Assembly: GCA_049472355.1 (NCBI GenBank)
Contig: JBLIRP010000063.1
Location: 1-24,490 of the forward strand
Direction: 5' to 3'
Source: a bacterium
GTDB lineage: Bacteria > SZUA-182 > DTGQ01 > JAFGSM01
Length of the DNA stretch: 24,490 bases
This document shows positions 20,109 through 24,490 of this stretch, piece by piece. The number at the start of each line of letters is the position of its first letter. The first letter of the stretch is position 1. Below the pieces are notes generated by a model. It saw only the letters and a list, made by a program, of their open reading frames with translations, did no database searches and was not told the origin of the DNA. The translations under genes and the position numbers were made by a program.

Positions 20109-20993
20109 CTATGGAAGAATATACTGCACCTTGATTGGAGAATACTCAAACGGCTTGAATGAGGAAACCTGACCGACGAGGTCTCTCGCAATATCAAAAA
20201 TGGAGCGTTCCTTCTTAACCGTGACCACCTTGGGTTCGCCGGAGATTCCGGCAAGCTCGGAGGCAAGCTCGACCGCATCCTCCAGCGTACCCAGGGAATC
20301 GACCAGGTTGAACTCCATTGCCTGTCGCCCTGAAAAGACCCGACCGTCAGCAAGCGTCGTGATATTCTCCTTTTCAATGTTGCGCGAGGTGGATACCGCC
20401 TCGATAAACTGCTCATGGATATCGTCAACGACACGCTGCAGTATTGTTCGCTCCTCTTCAGTCAGCTCCCTGGACGCGGAGCCGATGTCCTTGAACCTGC
20501 CGCTTTTTACGATCTGTTCCTCGTATCCCACCTTATCGAAAAGCCGGCCCAGATTGGGAAAGGTTACAATAACACCGATACTTCCGGTAAGGGTCCCGGG
20601 ATTTGCCACGATCTTGTCCGCGGCACACGCGATATAATAGCCGCCCGATGCCGCCGTGCTCGCCATTGATGCCACGATCTTTTTCCCTGTTTCCTGCTTG
20701 AATTTCACCAATTCGCGGTATATCTCCTGGGAAGGGGCGACACTGCCGCCGGGGCTGTCTATGCGCACAACGAGGGCGCGAATGGTATCCTGCTCCTTGA
20801 ATGTCTTGAGTTGCTCGATGAACGAGCCGGAGGAGACAATAATTCCCTCCACCTTGATAAGTCCGATTTTCCCTGACTTCAGGCCGGTGATCGAGATGCC
20901 GAATATAATGGATGCCATGACGCTCAGGAGGAAAACGGCACAAAGGGCAGCAAACAGATAGAATAATACCCTTTTAAGGCCTGGTGTACGCAT
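20109..20993 (-). CDS. sppA: Signal peptide peptidase SppA (36K type, S49)
   Basis: RIDSPGGSV, AASGGYYIA, TLTGSIGV, KSGRFKD and DGRVFSGRQA. Confidence 0.95.
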   Translation of the reverse strand: MRTPGLKRVLFYLFAALCAVFLLSVMASIIFGISITGLKSGKIGLIKVEGIIVSSGSFIEQLKTFKEQDTIRALVVRIDSPGGSVAPSQEIYRELVKFKQETGKKIVASMASTAASGGYYIACAADKIVANPGTLTGSIGVIVTFPNLGRLFDKVGYEEQIVKSGRFKDIGSASRELTEEERTILQRVVDDIHEQFIEAVSTSRNIEKENITTLADGRVFSGRQAMEFNLVDSLGTLEDAVELASELAGISGEPKVVTVKKERSIFDIARDLVGQVSSFKPFEYSPIKVQYILP

Positions 20994-21050
20994 ATCTTAT
21001 GCAGCCATGCCCGTGACCGTACGGACGAAGCTGCCTCATCTCCCCGAATA

Positions 21051-21070
21051 CCCGTGCGCATGCGCGCGGG
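21051..21070 (-). terminator. GC-rich hairpin just after the rpsA stop
   Basis: CCCGTGCGCATGCGCGCGGG is near-palindromic and lies 3 nt past the rpsA stop. The U-tract is weak. Confidence 0.35.
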
Positions 21071-21073
21071 TGA

Positions 21074-23053
21074 TTACTGCACTTCTTCTTCCCTCGGTTC
21101 TTCCTCTTCTTCTTTGGGCTCGGCCTCCTCAGCTTCGGCTTTCTCTGGCTTGGCCTTCTCTGGCTTGGCCTTCTCTGCCTTGGGTTCCGCCTTCTCCGCC
21201 TTCTTTTTCGCCTTCTCGTGCGCCTCGATGATCTCCTTGAGGGGTCCCGCATCAATAGGATTCAGCTTCTCCCCCGGCTGGCTCATATACTTGGACATCT
21301 CGGCATTTGACTGCTGCTTTTCAAATGCCCGTATGCTCAATCCTATCTTCTTGTTATCAGGATCGAGACGTATGACCTTTGCCCTGATGGCATCATCGAG
21401 CTTTAACACATCCTTGGGGCTGCTGATGTCCTCCTCGGATATCTCCGATACGTGGATATACCCGTCGATCCCCTCCTCCAGCGAGACGATGACCCCATTG
21501 TCGATGATCTTGACGACCCTGCATTCGCAATCAGACCCGATGGGATATTTGTGAGGCACCTCCATCCAGGGATTGGGCGTGAGCTGCTTGAGCCCCAGCG
21601 ACAATCGCTCATTCTTACTGTCGATGTTTAAAATGATCGCCTCGACCTTTTCCCCCTTTTTCAAAATGTCCGAGGGATGCTTTACCCGCTGGGTCCAGGA
21701 CATATCCGAGATATGGATAAGGCCGTCAATCCCCTCCTCCAGTTCAACAAATGCGCCGAAATCGGTGATATTTCGCACCCTACCGGAGATCTTCGATCCG
21801 ACCTCGTACTTGTTCTCGATGATCAGCCAGGGATTCGGTTCCGTCTGCTTCATCCCCAACGAGATCCTTTTCCGCTCCTTGTCGACATCGAGGACGATGA
21901 CCTCAACAATATCGCCGATTGCCACAACACGCGAGGGATGCCGGATCTTTCTGGTCCACGACATTTCCGAGACATGGATGAGCCCTTCCACTCCCTCTTC
22001 AAGCTCGACAAAGGCGCCGTAATCCGTAAGGCTGACTACCTTCCCCCTGATCCTGCTTCCCACAACATATTTCTCATCGGCGCGTTCCCACGGATCGGGG
22101 GTCTTTTGCTTTAATCCGAGGGAGACCTTCTCCGTTTCCGGATCGAACTTGAGTATCTTTACCTCCACCTCGTCACCGATCATGAAGAGCTCGGAGGGAT
22201 GCCTGATACGTCCCCAGGACATATCCGTGACGTGGAGCAATCCGTCAATGCCGCCCAGATCGATAAAGGCGCCGTATTCGGTGATGTTCTTGACCATTCC
22301 CCTTATAATGTTCCCTTCCGTGATGTTCTTGAGGGTCTCCTTCCGCTTCTGTACGCGCTCGGCCTCGAGTATGACCCGTCGCGAGACGACGATGTTTCCC
22401 CTTTTGCGATTCAATTTGATGATCTTTACCTCGATTTTCTCATCCCTCAATGCATCGAGGTCGCGAACAGGCTGAATGTCTATCTGGGAACCGGGAAGAA
22501 ACGCAGGGATGCCGATATCGACCGTGAGGCCGCCCTTGATGCGCTTCAAGACCCGGCCGCATATCGTCTCATTGTCCTCATAGGCCTTGTTGAGCTCATC
22601 CCAAATCCGTATCTTGTCGGCCTTTTCCTTGGACAGGACAACCAGTCCCTCGGCATCCTCGATGCTTTCCAGGTAAACATCGATGGCATCCCCGACCTTC
22701 AGGTTCTCCTTGGCCCCGTGTTTTCTGAATTCATCGAGCGAGATGGTGCCTTCGGACTTATAACCAACGTCAATGAGCACCTCGTTATCGGTTATTTTTA
22801 TTATTGTCCCCTTGACGACCTCTCCCTCTTCTATGTTGACCATGGTGTTTTCATAGAGGGAGCATAGCTCGTCATAATCGAACTCCGACTCGTCGAGCAT
22901 CTCATCAGCGTCTTCAAAATCCACGTCCTCCTCTATGACGCTCGGATCCTTGCTCAGAGACAGCTTATCCTTCGGCTGTTTCTTTTTGACAGCCGTGGTC
23001 TCAGCCGTCTCCTGCATGGTTTCTTCGTTTTCTAACCTTTCTTCTGAATTCAT
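21074..23053 (-). CDS. rpsA: 30S ribosomal protein S1
   Basis: Six S1 repeats (IDVGYKSEG, AFLPGSQID, YGAFIDLGGIDGLLHVTDMSW, EGLIHVSEMSW, DGLIHISDMSW, DGYIHVSE), with charged N- and C-terminal extensions. Confidence 0.98.
   Translation of the reverse strand: MNSEERLENEETMQETAETTAVKKKQPKDKLSLSKDPSVIEEDVDFEDADEMLDESEFDYDELCSLYENTMVNIEEGEVVKGTIIKITDNEVLIDVGYKSEGTISLDEFRKHGAKENLKVGDAIDVYLESIEDAEGLVVLSKEKADKIRIWDELNKAYEDNETICGRVLKRIKGGLTVDIGIPAFLPGSQIDIQPVRDLDALRDEKIEVKIIKLNRKRGNIVVSRRVILEAERVQKRKETLKNITEGNIIRGMVKNITEYGAFIDLGGIDGLLHVTDMSWGRIRHPSELFMIGDEVEVKILKFDPETEKVSLGLKQKTPDPWERADEKYVVGSRIRGKVVSLTDYGAFVELEEGVEGLIHVSEMSWTRKIRHPSRVVAIGDIVEVIVLDVDKERKRISLGMKQTEPNPWLIIENKYEVGSKISGRVRNITDFGAFVELEEGIDGLIHISDMSWTQRVKHPSDILKKGEKVEAIILNIDSKNERLSLGLKQLTPNPWMEVPHKYPIGSDCECRVVKIIDNGVIVSLEEGIDGYIHVSEISEEDISSPKDVLKLDDAIRAKVIRLDPDNKKIGLSIRAFEKQQSNAEMSKYMSQPGEKLNPIDAGPLKEIIEAHEKAKKKAEKAEPKAEKAKPEKAKPEKAEAEEAEPKEEEEEPREEEVQ
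21141..21177. repeat. 15-bp tandem repeat in the rpsA 3' end
   Basis: TTCTCTGGCTTGGCC at 21141-21155 and 21156-21170, plus a partial copy at 21171-21177; encodes (E)KAKPE repeats. Confidence 0.85.
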
Positions 23054-23132
23054 AGGTTTTATAAACCCCCTGTGTAACTATAAAAATAGGTCATAAATAC
23101 TCATGACCTTTGTCGCCTGTTTCACGTACCTT

Positions 23133-23987
23133 CTATTGATGAACAAGTGCATCCACATGACTTACCACATCATCGATGAGCCATTTGGGAGTCGAGGCCC
23201 CGGCCGATATCCCGACCTTCCTGACCCCGATAAACCAATCCCTGTCGAGTTCATCCGCGGTTTCGATCAGGTGTGTTTTACTATTCACTGATCGGCATAT
23301 GCTTGCCAAACGATTTGTATTTGCGCTGTTTCTTCCCCCGATCACAATCATCATATCCACGCCCTTTGCAAGCTTGAGCGCGGACTGCTGCCGTACGATG
23401 GTGGAGTCACAGATGGTGTTGTATATCTTTAAATCCTTGACCACGTCAAGGAGCCTGAGGACGATGGCCTTGAAATTCTCGTAATCCTGTGTGGTCTGCT
23501 CTACCACACCAAGCCTCTTGGGAACGGCCAGTTTTGCGAGGTCCCCCGGGCTCTGACAGATGAGAATATCGTCCTCCACGTATCCCCTGATCGCCAGGAC
23601 TTCGGGATGCTCCCTGTCCCCTATGAGCAGTACGGGATATCCCTCCCGCTTGAGAGACAGCGCATAGGTCTGCACCTTTTTTACAAAGGGACAGGTTGCA
23701 TCGACAATCGATAATCCCTTTCGTTTCGCCTGCTCAATGATTGCGGGCGGTAGACCGTGGGACCGGACAATGATGATCCCCTCCTCCACCTCATCGAGAT
23801 CGTTGACCATATGGACCGATCTTTCCTCCAGGAGCTTGACCACGCTCGGATTATGAATAATCGGCCCTATGGTAAAGACCCGACCAGGATACTGCGCACC
23901 GAGCTTGAAGGCGATATCCACGGCCCGCTGAACGCCGAAACAGAACCCGGCATTGTTTGCTAATGTAATGGTTACGCTACCTTTCAC
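23133..23987 (-). CDS. ispH: 4-hydroxy-3-methylbut-2-enyl diphosphate reductase (start uncertain)
   Basis: AGFCFGVQRA, IIHN, RSHG, DATCPFV, HPEV, QTT, NTICDST, SANT and AGASTP. Three FeS-ligand Cys are present. GTG 23987 is nearest the conserved N-terminus; the ORF track extends to 24065. Confidence 0.95.
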   Translation of the reverse strand: MKGSVTITLANNAGFCFGVQRAVDIAFKLGAQYPGRVFTIGPIIHNPSVVKLLEERSVHMVNDLDEVEEGIIIVRSHGLPPAIIEQAKRKGLSIVDATCPFVKKVQTYALSLKREGYPVLLIGDREHPEVLAIRGYVEDDILICQSPGDLAKLAVPKRLGVVEQTTQDYENFKAIVLRLLDVVKDLKIYNTICDSTIVRQQSALKLAKGVDMMIVIGGRNSANTNRLASICRSVNSKTHLIETADELDRDWFIGVRKVGISAGASTPKWLIDDVVSHVDALVHQ

Positions 23988-24121
23988 CCATTTCGTCGCA
24001 TAAGATGTCAGTAACGGCGCCCCATCTCCGGGCACATCATCAGGTAAACCGAATAAGTCTATCACAATTTTATCGCATCATCAAGGAAGCCTGCAGGTGT
24101 TGTCAGGTGTTTGCCTGCAGG

Positions 24122-24416
24122 TGTTACACCCAAAAAAACTCGGCACTCTTCCAGTCCAAGGATATGACCAAAAAAAACGAACCAACGAAATCAAAATCGC
24201 CATTCCGCAGCCGTATCGCAAAATGTTATGTTCCTGAGAATATAACATGCCTAAGACGGTTCGCCGTAGGTCTACTTAAAAGTAAGGGAGTTCAAAATGT
24301 CTCACAAAAAATGCGACACCTATCAATGACCCCTCGTATGGTCTTGGTTTATTTAAGAATGACGGGAAATTGCCATTGCACATCAGTAGTTTAAAAATTA
24401 GAATAAATTTACCGTG
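24122..24416 (+). pseudogene. ISAs1-family transposase remnant with a putative right end
   Basis: Fragments CYTQK / KKLGTLPVQGYDQKKRTNEIKIAIP / RSRIAKCYVPENITCLRRFAVGLLKSKGVQNVSQKMR resemble ISAs1 motifs (xNEIxxIP; PENxxxLRRFA). They are followed by AGAATAAATTTACCGTG (24400-24416), a candidate terminal inverted repeat. Confidence 0.65.
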
Positions 24417-24490
24417 GCTGCCCACCATCTGCCCCATTAACAATTTTGATTGCTTATTGCCTTTTATAAATCATTTGATTACAAGTAGAC

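Noticed and set aside
23118..23133. TGTTTCACGT as a second parS
   Set aside because: Only 10 of 16 positions match; the second half-site is absent.
24005..24394. 129-aa ORF as an intact gene
   Set aside because: Chimeric: only the C-terminal half and a few upstream codons look transposase-derived, so it is treated as an IS remnant.

Overview
This window is the chromosomal replication-origin region of a bacterium whose gene order resembles that of deltaproteobacteria/Desulfobacterota (inference). Left arm, minus strand: dnaA-gyrB-gyrA-TPR lipoprotein-serS-tRNA-Ser(TGA). Right arm, plus strand: rpmH-rnpA-yidD-yidC-mnmE-[parS]-parA-parB-bactofilin. A convergent minus-strand block follows: ispH-rpsA-sppA-argS-SPOR protein-Fis-HTH protein-tRNA methyltransferase. 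DnaA boxes flank dnaA on both sides, which suggests a bipartite oriC. Both window ends carry IS transposase fragments. The region is mostly housekeeping, and I cannot support a wholly new multi-gene system. The notable deviations are: no dnaN/recF between dnaA and gyrB; no jag, mnmG or rsmG; an MnmE with a substituted switch-II catalytic segment; a GyrA with Ala at the Ser83-equivalent position and a non-canonical GyrA-box; an unexplained Cys-rich protein with a Fis-type HTH; a structured 750-bp dnaA-rpmH spacer with a LexA-like palindrome; and an internally deleted ISAs1-like remnant with a slippery site.
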